The notes beneath the pieces are model-generated. The model worked only from the letters and a program-made list of their open reading frames with translations, searched no databases and was not told the origin of the DNA. From Bacteroidia bacterium (GTDB taxonomy: Bacteria; Bacteroidota; Bacteroidia; 2-12-FULL-35-15), in contig DAORKB010000002.1 of NCBI GenBank assembly GCA_035439365.1, forward strand, positions 1-51,811: DNA of 51,811 bases, in the 5' to 3' direction. Shown here piece after piece: positions 36,665-45,832 of the stretch (its first letter is position 1; each line of letters opens with the position of its first letter). Both the position numbers and the translations under genes were made by a program.

Positions 36665-36755
36665 CTGATCAATTTGCTCACCCGAATACCTTTTCAATAA
36701 TCGCTTGCATTATTTTTGTTTTGCATCATTTATATAATTTTTAAAGCCAGGTCTT

Positions 36756-37451
36756 ATGAATTGTATGATTATCGACGATGACGAAATGTCAAGAAAAACA
36801 TTGAGTTTGCTTGTTTCTCAAGCAGAGGATCTGGAATTGGAAGATACTTGCAACAATGCAATTGAGGCGATTAGTATTCTTAACTCTAAAAAAATAGATC
36901 TTTTACTTCTGGATATTGAAATGCCCGGCATATCCGGTCCTCAATTATTAAAAAGTCTTCATAAACCTCCACTTGTTATCGTTGTGTCCGCAAATAAAGA
37001 ATATGCGCTACAGGCTTTTGAATGGAACGTAGTGGATTACCTTGTTAAACCCATCACTCCGGATCGTTTTTATAAATCCGTTGCAAAAGCCAAGGAAGTA
37101 ATCGATCAAGCGAAAAATGAAATTGAATTTTTATCCAAAGACTACATTCGTATAAAAGACAATGGCAAACAAATTCAACTTGCTTTAAAAGATATACTGT
37201 TTTTTGAAGCCAGTCATGAAAGTGTCAATATCATTACAACCGACAAAGAGTATAGTGCAAATTCAAATTTTAATTTTCTTGAACATCACCTTGATCCCGA
37301 TTCGTTTTTGAGGGTGCATCGTTCATTTATCATTAATTTACAGTACATTTCTAACATAAATGAACAAAAGGTAATTGTAGGACAACAAGTCATCCCCATC
37401 AGTCCGGAATACAAAGCAAATTTTAGTAAGCGCTTAAATTTATTAAAATGA
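36756..37451 (+). CDS. LytTR-family response regulator (REC + LytTR DNA-binding domain)
   Basis: REC motifs IIDDDE, LLLLDIEMPGISG and VDYLVKP. The LytTR region includes FLRVHRSFIINLQYI. Confidence 0.92.
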   Translation: MNCMIIDDDEMSRKTLSLLVSQAEDLELEDTCNNAIEAISILNSKKIDLLLLDIEMPGISGPQLLKSLHKPPLVIVVSANKEYALQAFEWNVVDYLVKPITPDRFYKSVAKAKEVIDQAKNEIEFLSKDYIRIKDNGKQIQLALKDILFFEASHESVNIITTDKEYSANSNFNFLEHHLDPDSFLRVHRSFIINLQYISNINEQKVIVGQQVIPISPEYKANFSKRLNLLK

Positions 37452-38605
37452 AAACAGCGGTTAGAGGTATCAGCGAATTTTTAGAATTTCTAAAAAACGA
37501 ACATTTTATGGAAATCATTGAACAATCACAAACATCAATGACAGATGAAGTGTTCTTAAGTCAATTCGACCCCCAAACGATTAATTCCATTGCAATTCAA
37601 TCCATGGAGGAGCTGTTCAACTATTCTTCTCACAAGGCAGGGGCCTATTTCAAAAAAGGCGAACAGGCGGATACAGGAACGGATGCTTCGTATGAATTTT
37701 GTAAAATCCTGATTGAATTCGAGCAAAAAAAACTGATTTCAAAACATATAACCAATTTTACATCTCAAGCTGATGAAGCTTTAAACATAATAAATGAGTT
37801 AAACACCTATTACTCAGAAAAACAAAATATTTCATTAAAATCATTATTTGCCAATTATAAAGAATTAGAAATTCAGCTAAAAGAACAAGAAGCTGAAACA
37901 GCAAAAATTACAAAAGACAGTCAGCATTTTGCTTACGCTGCCTCTCATGATTTGCAGGAGCCTTTAAGGATGATAACCAGTTATCTTCAAATTGTTTCCA
38001 GCCGATATAAAGATAAAATTGATGCAGAAGGAGCTGAGTTTATTGGATATGCATTAGATGGCAGTGCTCGGATGAAAAATCTTATCAATGGATTACTTGA
38101 GTTCTCGCGATTAAACAATATAACCGATGTAAAAAAAATGAATACGAATGCTACGCTCACTTCTGTTATTGACGGTCTGGAGTTTTATATTAAAGAAAGT
38201 CATGCAGAAATCAAATCTGATGATTTACCTGAACTCGTCGCTGATCAAACATTGATTTCCAAGCTGTTTCAACACCTTCTTTCAAATGCAATTAAGTTCC
38301 GAACAGAAACTCCTCCCAAAATTAAAGTTTCTGTTGAAAAGCTTGACTCTGCTTATAAATTCTCTGTATCTGATAATGGCATTGGAATTCAAAAAGAATA
38401 TTTCGATAAGATATTTATCATCTTCCAACGTCTGCATGCAAAAAACAAATATCCCGGAACAGGGATAGGGCTTGCGCTTTGTAAAAAAATTGTAGAGCAA
38501 CACGGGGGGACATTGTGGGTTGAATCTGAACCAAACCAAGGAGCAACATTTTATTTTACAATACCATTTAAACCGGTTTCAATAAAAAAACGTTCAGTTG
38601 AGTGA
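37448..38605 (+). CDS. Soluble sensor histidine kinase (uncharacterised N-terminal region + HisKA + HATPase_c)
   Basis: H-box AASHDLQEPLRMI, N-box LLSNAIKF, G-boxes DNGIGI and GTGIGLALCKKIVEQHGG. No TM helices. The ATGA overlaps the preceding gene. Confidence 0.9.
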   Translation: MKTAVRGISEFLEFLKNEHFMEIIEQSQTSMTDEVFLSQFDPQTINSIAIQSMEELFNYSSHKAGAYFKKGEQADTGTDASYEFCKILIEFEQKKLISKHITNFTSQADEALNIINELNTYYSEKQNISLKSLFANYKELEIQLKEQEAETAKITKDSQHFAYAASHDLQEPLRMITSYLQIVSSRYKDKIDAEGAEFIGYALDGSARMKNLINGLLEFSRLNNITDVKKMNTNATLTSVIDGLEFYIKESHAEIKSDDLPELVADQTLISKLFQHLLSNAIKFRTETPPKIKVSVEKLDSAYKFSVSDNGIGIQKEYFDKIFIIFQRLHAKNKYPGTGIGLALCKKIVEQHGGTLWVESEPNQGATFYFTIPFKPVSIKKRSVE

Positions 38606-41393
38606 GAAGATAAATATACTATTAGTAGAAGATAATCCCGGAGATGCACGTCTGATTGATATATTTATGAAGGAGGCATTCGGAAGCGGTTATGTGCTTT
38701 CCATTTCTGAAGATCTTGCTTCTGGTTTGGCCCAGCTAAAAAAACATCCTTTTGATATTATTATTGCCGACCTTTCCCTTCCTGACAGTGATGGTTTAGA
38801 TACATTTAAAACCATACACGAACATGCGCCGGAAATACCAACAATTGTTCTTACCGGATTAGAGGATGAATCTGTTGGGATCAACGCCATGAAATTTGGT
38901 GCACAGGATTTTTTAATTAAGGGAAAATTAAAAGGTAAGGGATTAAAAAGGTCCATCGATTATAGTATTGAACGTCATAAACTTTTAAAAGAATTATCGC
39001 AACAAGCAGAAGAGTTAAAACAAAAATCAGAAGCACTTCTCAAAGAACAAATAAAACTTGAGGAGGCTCAAAAGATTGCACATATTGGAAGTTGGGAGCT
39101 CGACTTTAAAAACTTTTCGTTCAAGTGGTCGGATGAGTTATACCGGATTTATGGAGTTGATCCTGCTACATTTGTTCCTACGATTGAAAATTTTATTTCC
39201 TTTATTCATCCAGAAGACAAGGAGTTTGCACTAAATATTGCACAAGTACATCCTATTACGCATAACCAAAATTATAACTATCGCATTATTCGTCATGATG
39301 GTGAAGTACGAACGATCAATGGAAGAGGAGAACCAGTATTCGATGAACATGGTACACTCATTCGCGCCATAGGAACAGCTCAGGATATCACAGAGCGTTT
39401 ACATGAAGAAGAGTTAGAAAAACTTGCACTGGCAGCCGGTAAATCATTTAACTCTGTAATTATTACAGATCCTTACGGTAAAATTGAATGGGTGAACGAA
39501 GGGTTTACAAAACTAACCGGTTATTCAACAGATACTGTTGATAATATCAGTAATTTATTAAAACGTGGAGACGCCGACGAGATAAAAAAGCAAGAACAGT
39601 TTTACGAAACCATACGCCGGGAGAAAAATCCTATTACATACGAGCATAAAAATTTCACGAAAGAAAATAAGGAGTTTTGGGTGATTACAACGCTAACCCC
39701 GGTACTCGGTAAAACAGGTGAACTGGAGCGTATCATTGCGATTGACTCCGATATAACTGTACGAAAACAAATGGAAGAAGAGTTGGTGCTTGCCAATAAG
39801 ATCAGTGAACATTTACTCAAGAAGGGAAACAAAGCGTTAAATGAATTATTAAAAACGCAAAAGGAGCTGAAAGAAACAATGAAGGTAAAAGAACAGTTTC
39901 TTGCAAACATGAGTCATGAAATTCGAACCCCAATGAATGCCATAGTTGGGTTTACCAATCTTATTCTAAAAACTTCTTTATCGGACGAACAAAAGCAGTA
40001 CATTGATGCAATTAAAACATCCGGGCAAAACCTGTTGGTTATTGTGAATGATATACTCGATTTTTCGAAATCACAAGCTGGTAAACTGGTATTTGAACAA
40101 ATTGAAATTCAACTACCTCAAGCCGTTTCCACAATTATTGATTTGATGTTACCCAAATCAATGCAAAAGAATATTCGTTTGTCCTCTAAAATTGGTCCCG
40201 GTATACCGGAATATATTATCGGTGACCCTACACGCCTCAATCAGATTTTGTTAAACCTTGTTGGAAATGCTATTAAATTTACGGAAGAAGGAGAAATAAA
40301 AATTGAAATTGAATTAATAGAAGAAAAAGAAGAAACAATTGAATTACGATTCTCAGTGCATGATACAGGAATTGGAATTCCAGACGACAAATTAAATTCT
40401 ATCTTTGAAGGATTCACACAAGCTACAAATGAAACCACAAGAAAATATGGAGGTACCGGTTTGGGATTAACCATTGTCAAACAGTTGGTTGAACAGCAAG
40501 GTGGGCAAATAAAAGTTGAAAGTTGTGTTGACAAGGGATCTGTTTTTTCTTTTCAGATGATGTTTAAGAAAGGAAAAGGAACAACCACCATTACGATACC
40601 TGAAGAAGTATGCAATACAAAAAATGTCAATAACTTAAACGTGCTACTGGTCGAAGATAATTACCTGAATCAGGTACTTGCAACCAAAGTACTCACGAAT
40701 TGGAACTGGAAAGTGGATGTTGCTGATAACGGGAAAATTGCAGTTGAAAAACTACAAAACAACAATTACGATATCGTTCTAATGGATATTCAAATGCCTG
40801 AAATGGATGGATATGAGGCTACAAAATACATTCGCAAAAATTTATCTCCCCCCAAATCAGCAACTCCGATTATTGCGATGACAGCGCATGCAATTTCCGG
40901 TGAGATAGAAAGATGTGAAAAAGTTGGAATGAATGACTATATTTCCAAACCTTTTGATGAAGATAAATTATACGCTAAGATACTTACAGTGCTAAAAATT
41001 GACAACGCCATGGAAGATAATACTAAAAAAACAGAAACCACGAAAAGTGAAGATCGTTATACCGATCTAACTTATCTCAAAAAGCTTTCAAAGGGTGATA
41101 ATGATTTTGTTAAGCAAATGATTTCTATCTTTATAAATCAAACACCAACAGCAATTCAAAAAATGGAAGCAGATTTATCGAATAAAGATTGGGCATCATT
41201 AAGGGCAGTGGCACATAAAATGAAACCTTCTTTTTCCTTTGTTGGAGTTACTTCATTGCAGGAGAAAATTGAAACAATTGAGGATAATGCAGCTCAGGGG
41301 ACCAATGCAAATTTGATCGCCGATTTAATTGCTCAGGTAAAAGAAGTATCTTTAAAAGCTGTTGCTGAATTGCAAACAGAACAAATAAGTTAA
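38598..41393 (+). CDS. Hybrid sensor kinase: REC-PAS-PAS-HisKA-HATPase_c-REC-HPt
   Basis: N-terminal REC (ILLVEDNPGDARL...IIIADLSLPDSDG). Two PAS-like segments. H-box FLANMSHEIRTPMNAI. GGTGLGLTIVKQLVEQQGG. Second REC (VLLVEDN...VLMDIQMPEMDG). HPt (AHKMKPSFSFVG). Only a TTG start (38598) preserves the REC domain; it overlaps the previous gene by 8 nt. Confidence 0.9.
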   Translation: MSEKINILLVEDNPGDARLIDIFMKEAFGSGYVLSISEDLASGLAQLKKHPFDIIIADLSLPDSDGLDTFKTIHEHAPEIPTIVLTGLEDESVGINAMKFGAQDFLIKGKLKGKGLKRSIDYSIERHKLLKELSQQAEELKQKSEALLKEQIKLEEAQKIAHIGSWELDFKNFSFKWSDELYRIYGVDPATFVPTIENFISFIHPEDKEFALNIAQVHPITHNQNYNYRIIRHDGEVRTINGRGEPVFDEHGTLIRAIGTAQDITERLHEEELEKLALAAGKSFNSVIITDPYGKIEWVNEGFTKLTGYSTDTVDNISNLLKRGDADEIKKQEQFYETIRREKNPITYEHKNFTKENKEFWVITTLTPVLGKTGELERIIAIDSDITVRKQMEEELVLANKISEHLLKKGNKALNELLKTQKELKETMKVKEQFLANMSHEIRTPMNAIVGFTNLILKTSLSDEQKQYIDAIKTSGQNLLVIVNDILDFSKSQAGKLVFEQIEIQLPQAVSTIIDLMLPKSMQKNIRLSSKIGPGIPEYIIGDPTRLNQILLNLVGNAIKFTEEGEIKIEIELIEEKEETIELRFSVHDTGIGIPDDKLNSIFEGFTQATNETTRKYGGTGLGLTIVKQLVEQQGGQIKVESCVDKGSVFSFQMMFKKGKGTTTITIPEEVCNTKNVNNLNVLLVEDNYLNQVLATKVLTNWNWKVDVADNGKIAVEKLQNNNYDIVLMDIQMPEMDGYEATKYIRKNLSPPKSATPIIAMTAHAISGEIERCEKVGMNDYISKPFDEDKLYAKILTVLKIDNAMEDNTKKTETTKSEDRYTDLTYLKKLSKGDNDFVKQMISIFINQTPTAIQKMEADLSNKDWASLRAVAHKMKPSFSFVGVTSLQEKIETIEDNAAQGTNANLIADLIAQVKEVSLKAVAELQTEQIS

Positions 41394-41424
41394 TAACGCT
41401 CACACTTAGTCCATACGAATTTGT

Positions 41425-41934
41425 ATGAAAGATAGTAAACTCCTTGTATTCATAGTTGAAGACAATGAAATGTATTCAACCATGTTGGATTATATTTTAT
41501 CAAAAGAAAATACGCACCAATTTATACGTTTTAATTCGGGTGAAAAATGCATGGAGAATATCTATTTAAACCCGGATGTAATTATCCTTGATTATGGTCT
41601 TCCAGGAGTTGATGGATTGGAAACGCTCCTTAACATTAAGAAATATGATGTTCACATTCCGGTGATCATCCTTACCGGAAATCGTAATCTGTCGGTAGCA
41701 AAAAAGCTCCTGGATTCAGGAGCTTTTGATTATATTAATAAAGATGATGATGATGTGGTGTCACTTGTAATTGCTACAATGAATAACGCTTTGAGTATAT
41801 CCAAAGAAAACAATCATCAACAAAGAGCAAAAGAAAAGAGGTATGTTAAAATATTATGTACACTACTTATTCTAATCCTGATTATCCTGGGAATTGGTAT
41901 TGCAACAGGTAACTCAACCAGATTATTTAGATAA
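41425..41934 (+). CDS. Single-domain response regulator (REC) with a C-terminal transmembrane tail
   Basis: REC motifs FIVEDNE, VIILDYGLPGVDG and FDYINK. A C-terminal hydrophobic helix ILCTLLILILIILGIGIATG follows a basic stretch. Confidence 0.85.
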   Translation: MKDSKLLVFIVEDNEMYSTMLDYILSKENTHQFIRFNSGEKCMENIYLNPDVIILDYGLPGVDGLETLLNIKKYDVHIPVIILTGNRNLSVAKKLLDSGAFDYINKDDDDVVSLVIATMNNALSISKENNHQQRAKEKRYVKILCTLLILILIILGIGIATGNSTRLFR

Positions 41935-41941
41935 GCGACAT

Positions 41942-42319
41942 TTATACGTTTACCTTGTAAACAAAATTCAACTTTGTTAATTGCTGATAATCTTCCCCTG
42001 TTTTTTTTATGTCATCATCATCATAATCATATTTCCATGTCACACTTACTTTGGTTCCTTGGTTCTGCAAGTCAACAAGTTTTAACAACAATTGTTTTAC
42101 AGATATTATAGAGGAGGAGCTTAAATAAAATAAGTTAAAACTTAGGGAAAGCGTTGCTGGTTTCTCAGCTTTGTATTGCTCCATCCAATCGATAACTTTA
42201 CGGTAGAACTCTTTACTATCTTCAGGAAAGGATTTCCCTTCAATACTAAATTTGCTGGCCTCGCTATCAAAAATAATATGAGGAGTGTTACTCGTTTCTT
42301 CTAGTTCAAATCGTGTCAT
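41942..42319 (-). CDS. DUF1987 / SiaC-like regulatory phosphoprotein
   Basis: TPHIIFDSEASKFSIEGKSFPEDSKEFYRKVIDWMEQY and FNLFYLSSSSIISVKQLL match the DUF1987 pattern (SiaC of the Pseudomonas SiaABCD system). Confidence 0.8.
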   Translation of the reverse strand: MTRFELEETSNTPHIIFDSEASKFSIEGKSFPEDSKEFYRKVIDWMEQYKAEKPATLSLSFNLFYLSSSSIISVKQLLLKLVDLQNQGTKVSVTWKYDYDDDDIKKTGEDYQQLTKLNFVYKVNV

Positions 42320-42898
42320 TTATTTTAAAACTTTTAATTGTATTGAAAAAAGTGAATAGTCGTTGTTTAAATTTATAAAATCAAAATTAATCTCTTGTGC
42401 CTTCAGGGCCATCGTTAAAAAGCCCAAACCAGCTCCCCCCTTTTCCGAAAGCGAACCATTGGTTAATACGTCCATGTATTGCTTTTTCAGCTCAAAAGTA
42501 CTAAAGGATTGGATGCTTTTTAATCGTTCTTCCAATTTTTTTACAGTTGTATTTGGAACAGCATTTCCTGCATAAACCATAATATCCTGACCATCCCGGG
42601 CAACCAGTAAGTAATTTAACGGGATCTCATCTGCTCCTACATTTTCTCCATGGAGCGCTATATTTTGAAGGGCCTCAATAACAATATTAAAAATTTTCTT
42701 TGTAGTTGTTTTACTAGCTTTCAAATGTTCCAGCTGGGCTTCAACCAAAGAGGACAAAGTATTGATCCTCCGCTGATCCAGCTCACCAATATGAGAAACA
42801 ATTACTTTTTTATCATCCGTTTTATAAGCAGCTCGTATTGTATTTACTTTTTCAGTAAAAATGCCATGTTCAACGGAACTGCTTTTCTTTAAATCCAT
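42320..42898 (-). CDS. SiaB-like / anti-sigma-type GHKL serine-threonine protein kinase (DUF6272-like)
   Basis: N-box-like EALQNIALHG and G-box EKGGAGLGFLTMA. The stop TAA abuts the ATG of the DUF1987 gene (TAAATG), as in SiaB-SiaC pairs. Confidence 0.75.
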   Translation of the reverse strand: MDLKKSSSVEHGIFTEKVNTIRAAYKTDDKKVIVSHIGELDQRRINTLSSLVEAQLEHLKASKTTTKKIFNIVIEALQNIALHGENVGADEIPLNYLLVARDGQDIMVYAGNAVPNTTVKKLEERLKSIQSFSTFELKKQYMDVLTNGSLSEKGGAGLGFLTMALKAQEINFDFINLNNDYSLFSIQLKVLK

Positions 42899-43028
42899 GA
42901 GTAGGTAGCCCTTTTATATGCAAAAACTTGGTTGAACAATTACATTTCAATTATAAGAAAATTAATTAATATAACTGGAGAAAATAGCCTTTATTATTCA
43001 ACATTTCTACTAAAAATAGTTGAATTTT

Positions 43029-43625
43029 TTACTTGCTATTCCGTATTTGCAAAATTTTGGTTATATCACTGAGTTTAAACCCCTTGGCCTGGAGCAAAAT
43101 CAGGTAATGAAACATCAAATCTGCTGCCTCATTTTTGAATAGATCCGCATCATTATCTTTTGCCTCAATTACCAGCTCTACTGCCTCTTCTCCTACTTTT
43201 TGAGCAATTTTATTAATTCCATTTGCAAAGAGAGATGATGTATACGACTGCTCTGAAGGGTTATTTCTACGGTCGTTGATAATACCCTCCAGTTTTAAAA
43301 GGAAATCGCTGGATATATTTGCCTCCTTAAAGCAGGTATCCGCACCGGTATGGCACACCGGCCCTACAGGCTTTACTTTTATTAATAAGGTATCTTCATC
43401 ACAATCAATCAGGATGTCCTGTACATCCAAAAAATTCCCACTTTCTTCTCCTTTTGTCCACAATCTGTTCTTTGAACGGGAAAAAAAAGTTACACGTTTT
43501 TCAGCTTTCGTCTTTTCAAATGCTTCTTTATTCATATAACCCAACATCAGTACACGATTCGTTGATGAATCTTGTATAACTGCAGGGATTAATCCATCAG
43601 GTGATTTTTTAAAATCCGGTGTCAT
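43029..43625 (-). CDS. hisI: Bifunctional phosphoribosyl-AMP cyclohydrolase / phosphoribosyl-ATP pyrophosphatase (HisIE)
   Basis: 198 aa. GLIPAVIQD...CHTG cyclohydrolase part plus EEAVELVIEAK...EAADLMFH pyrophosphatase part. Last gene of the his operon. Confidence 0.93.
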   Translation of the reverse strand: MTPDFKKSPDGLIPAVIQDSSTNRVLMLGYMNKEAFEKTKAEKRVTFFSRSKNRLWTKGEESGNFLDVQDILIDCDEDTLLIKVKPVGPVCHTGADTCFKEANISSDFLLKLEGIINDRRNNPSEQSYTSSLFANGINKIAQKVGEEAVELVIEAKDNDADLFKNEAADLMFHYLILLQAKGFKLSDITKILQIRNSK

Positions 43626-43651
43626 TGTATGTTTTTTTGAATGGCTATTTC

Positions 43652-44407
43652 TTAAATTCTTATCTCTATTTTGTTATTTTTCAAGTAGTTCTTTAACACA
43701 GGTATTTCTATTTCCTTGTAATGAAATACACTTGCAGCAAGCGCAGCATCAGCATTTCCTTCCGTTAATACTTCTTTGAAATGCTCCATTGTTCCAGCTC
43801 CACCACTTGCAATAACCGGTACATTCACTGCTTGTGAAACTGTTTTGGTAATATCAATTGAAAAGCCTGCTTTGGTACCATCATTATTCATGGATGTAAG
43901 CAATATCTCCCCGGCTCCCAGCTCTACGCCACGCTTTGCCCAATCAACAGTTCTGATATCCGTTTTTACCCTACCACCATTCAAATACACAAACCAATCC
44001 CCCATTTCATACTTTGTATCAATGGCCAGTACAATACATTGACTGCCAAATTGAGCCGATAAATCCCCTATGAGCTGAGGATTCTTAACCGCCGAGGTAT
44101 TCACAGAAATCTTATCTGCTCCTGCATTTAATAAAATAGAAACATCTTCAACCGTACTGATTCCTCCTCCCACTGTAAATGGAACATCCAGGTGATGCGC
44201 TATTCGCGTAACCAATTGCGAAAGTGTTTTACGCTTTTCATTGGTCGCAGATATATCCAAAAAAACCAATTCATCAGCCCCTTGTTTTGTATAGTTTATA
44301 GCTAATTCTACGGGGTCACCTGCATCGCGTATATTTTCAAAATTGATCCCTTTTACGGTTCGACCATCTTTTATATCCAAACATGGGATAATTCGTTTTG
44401 CTAACAT
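43652..44407 (-). CDS. hisF: Imidazole glycerol phosphate synthase cyclase subunit
   Basis: [20 protein letters not shown]-terminus, 251 aa, operon context. Confidence 0.95.
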   Translation of the reverse strand: MLAKRIIPCLDIKDGRTVKGINFENIRDAGDPVELAINYTKQGADELVFLDISATNEKRKTLSQLVTRIAHHLDVPFTVGGGISTVEDVSILLNAGADKISVNTSAVKNPQLIGDLSAQFGSQCIVLAIDTKYEMGDWFVYLNGGRVKTDIRTVDWAKRGVELGAGEILLTSMNNDGTKAGFSIDITKTVSQAVNVPVIASGGAGTMEHFKEVLTEGNADAALAASVFHYKEIEIPVLKNYLKNNKIEIRI

Positions 44408-44485
44408 TTCTTATATGTAATAAGTAATATTTAAGATGTAATATTTATGGAAGACGCCATTATTTATTACATAATAAATATTCCA

Positions 44486-45205
44486 TTAGTTAATGTATTC
44501 TTTCAATTGTTGCATGGTTATTCGTTCTTCATAAATTGCTTTTCCAACAATTACTCCTGAACAACCCGTTTTCTCAAGTTCTTCCAGATCTGAATAGGTT
44601 GACACCCCTCCGCTTGCGATTAGATGAAGATTTGCAAACTCCTTTTTAATTTTTTTATAAAGCGCTATGGACGGCCCTTGCAACAAGCCATCCTTAGAAA
44701 TATCCGTACAAAATACAGTAGAAACCCCTTCTTGCATATTGTCTTTAATGAAATCAAAAATGGAAATATCCGTTGTTTCCAACCATCCTCCAATAGCAAT
44801 CTTCTCCTCCTTTACATCGGCTCCTAACAATATTTTTCTGGAACCATACTTCTTCAACCAGCTAAAAAACAATTCTTTATTTTTAACTGCCATGCTCCCA
44901 ATTGTTGCAATGTTTGCACCCGCATCAAAAACATTCTGAATATCCGTATCTTTTTTTATTCCTCCACCAAAATCAATAACCAATTCAGTTTTCGATGCAA
45001 TGTTCTCTAATACTCTTAAATTAACCACCTCTCCTTTTTTTGCTCCATCCAGATCGACCAAATGCAATCTTTTAATCCCTATCCCTTCAAATGATTTGGC
45101 TACTTCCAACGGATTCTCGTTGTATATTTTTTTTTGTGCATAATCTCCTTGCGTTAAACGAACGCATTTACCATCAATAAGATCAATTGCAGGAATAATT
45201 TCCAT
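44486..45205 (-). CDS. hisA: ProFAR isomerase
   Basis: MEIIPAIDLIDGKCVRLTQGDY N-terminus, 239 aa, operon context. Confidence 0.95.
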   Translation of the reverse strand: MEIIPAIDLIDGKCVRLTQGDYAQKKIYNENPLEVAKSFEGIGIKRLHLVDLDGAKKGEVVNLRVLENIASKTELVIDFGGGIKKDTDIQNVFDAGANIATIGSMAVKNKELFFSWLKKYGSRKILLGADVKEEKIAIGGWLETTDISIFDFIKDNMQEGVSTVFCTDISKDGLLQGPSIALYKKIKKEFANLHLIASGGVSTYSDLEELEKTGCSGVIVGKAIYEERITMQQLKEYIN

Positions 45206-45235
45206 ATTGTTTTTTTTATCAATAATTAATAATCC

Positions 45236-45817
45236 TTACATCTTTATAAAATTCTCTAACAGTTTTTGTCCTGAAGCACTTGATTTTTCGGGGTGAAACT
45301 GAGCTGCATAAAAATTATTTTTATACAGGGCGGAGCTATACGTCAAATCATAGTCTGTTTGTGCAATTGTATTTTCACCCAGCTCCGCATAATAACTGTG
45401 AACAAAATACATGTATTCATTTTCATTTATGCCGGTAAACAAAGGCGATTGAAGACGATTAATTTTGTTCCAACCTATTTGTGGTACCTTCAGCGAGCCT
45501 TTAAATTTCTTCACCTGCTGATTAAATATTCCAAGACAAGTCGTGTCACCTTCTTCGGAATAATTACACATGAGTTGCATCCCCAGGCAAATACCCAATA
45601 CAGGTTGATTCAAAGAAACAATGACCTTATCGAGCTCACGTTCTTTTAAATATTTCATTGCACTGCTTGCTTCACCAACACCGGGAAATATAACTTTATC
45701 AGCTGTTTGTATCTCTTCTTTATTGTCCGTAACGATAGCCTGAACACCTATCCGCTCCAAAGCAAATGTTACCGATCGGATGTTCCCTGCATTGTATTTT
45801 ACGATTACCAGTTTCAT
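45236..45817 (-). CDS. hisH: Imidazole glycerol phosphate synthase glutamine amidotransferase subunit
   Basis: Class I GATase motifs (GICLGMQL, FHPEKS), 193 aa, operon context. Confidence 0.95.
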   Translation of the reverse strand: MKLVIVKYNAGNIRSVTFALERIGVQAIVTDNKEEIQTADKVIFPGVGEASSAMKYLKERELDKVIVSLNQPVLGICLGMQLMCNYSEEGDTTCLGIFNQQVKKFKGSLKVPQIGWNKINRLQSPLFTGINENEYMYFVHSYYAELGENTIAQTDYDLTYSSALYKNNFYAAQFHPEKSSASGQKLLENFIKM

Positions 45818-45832
45818 AAATTTTTTCAGCTA

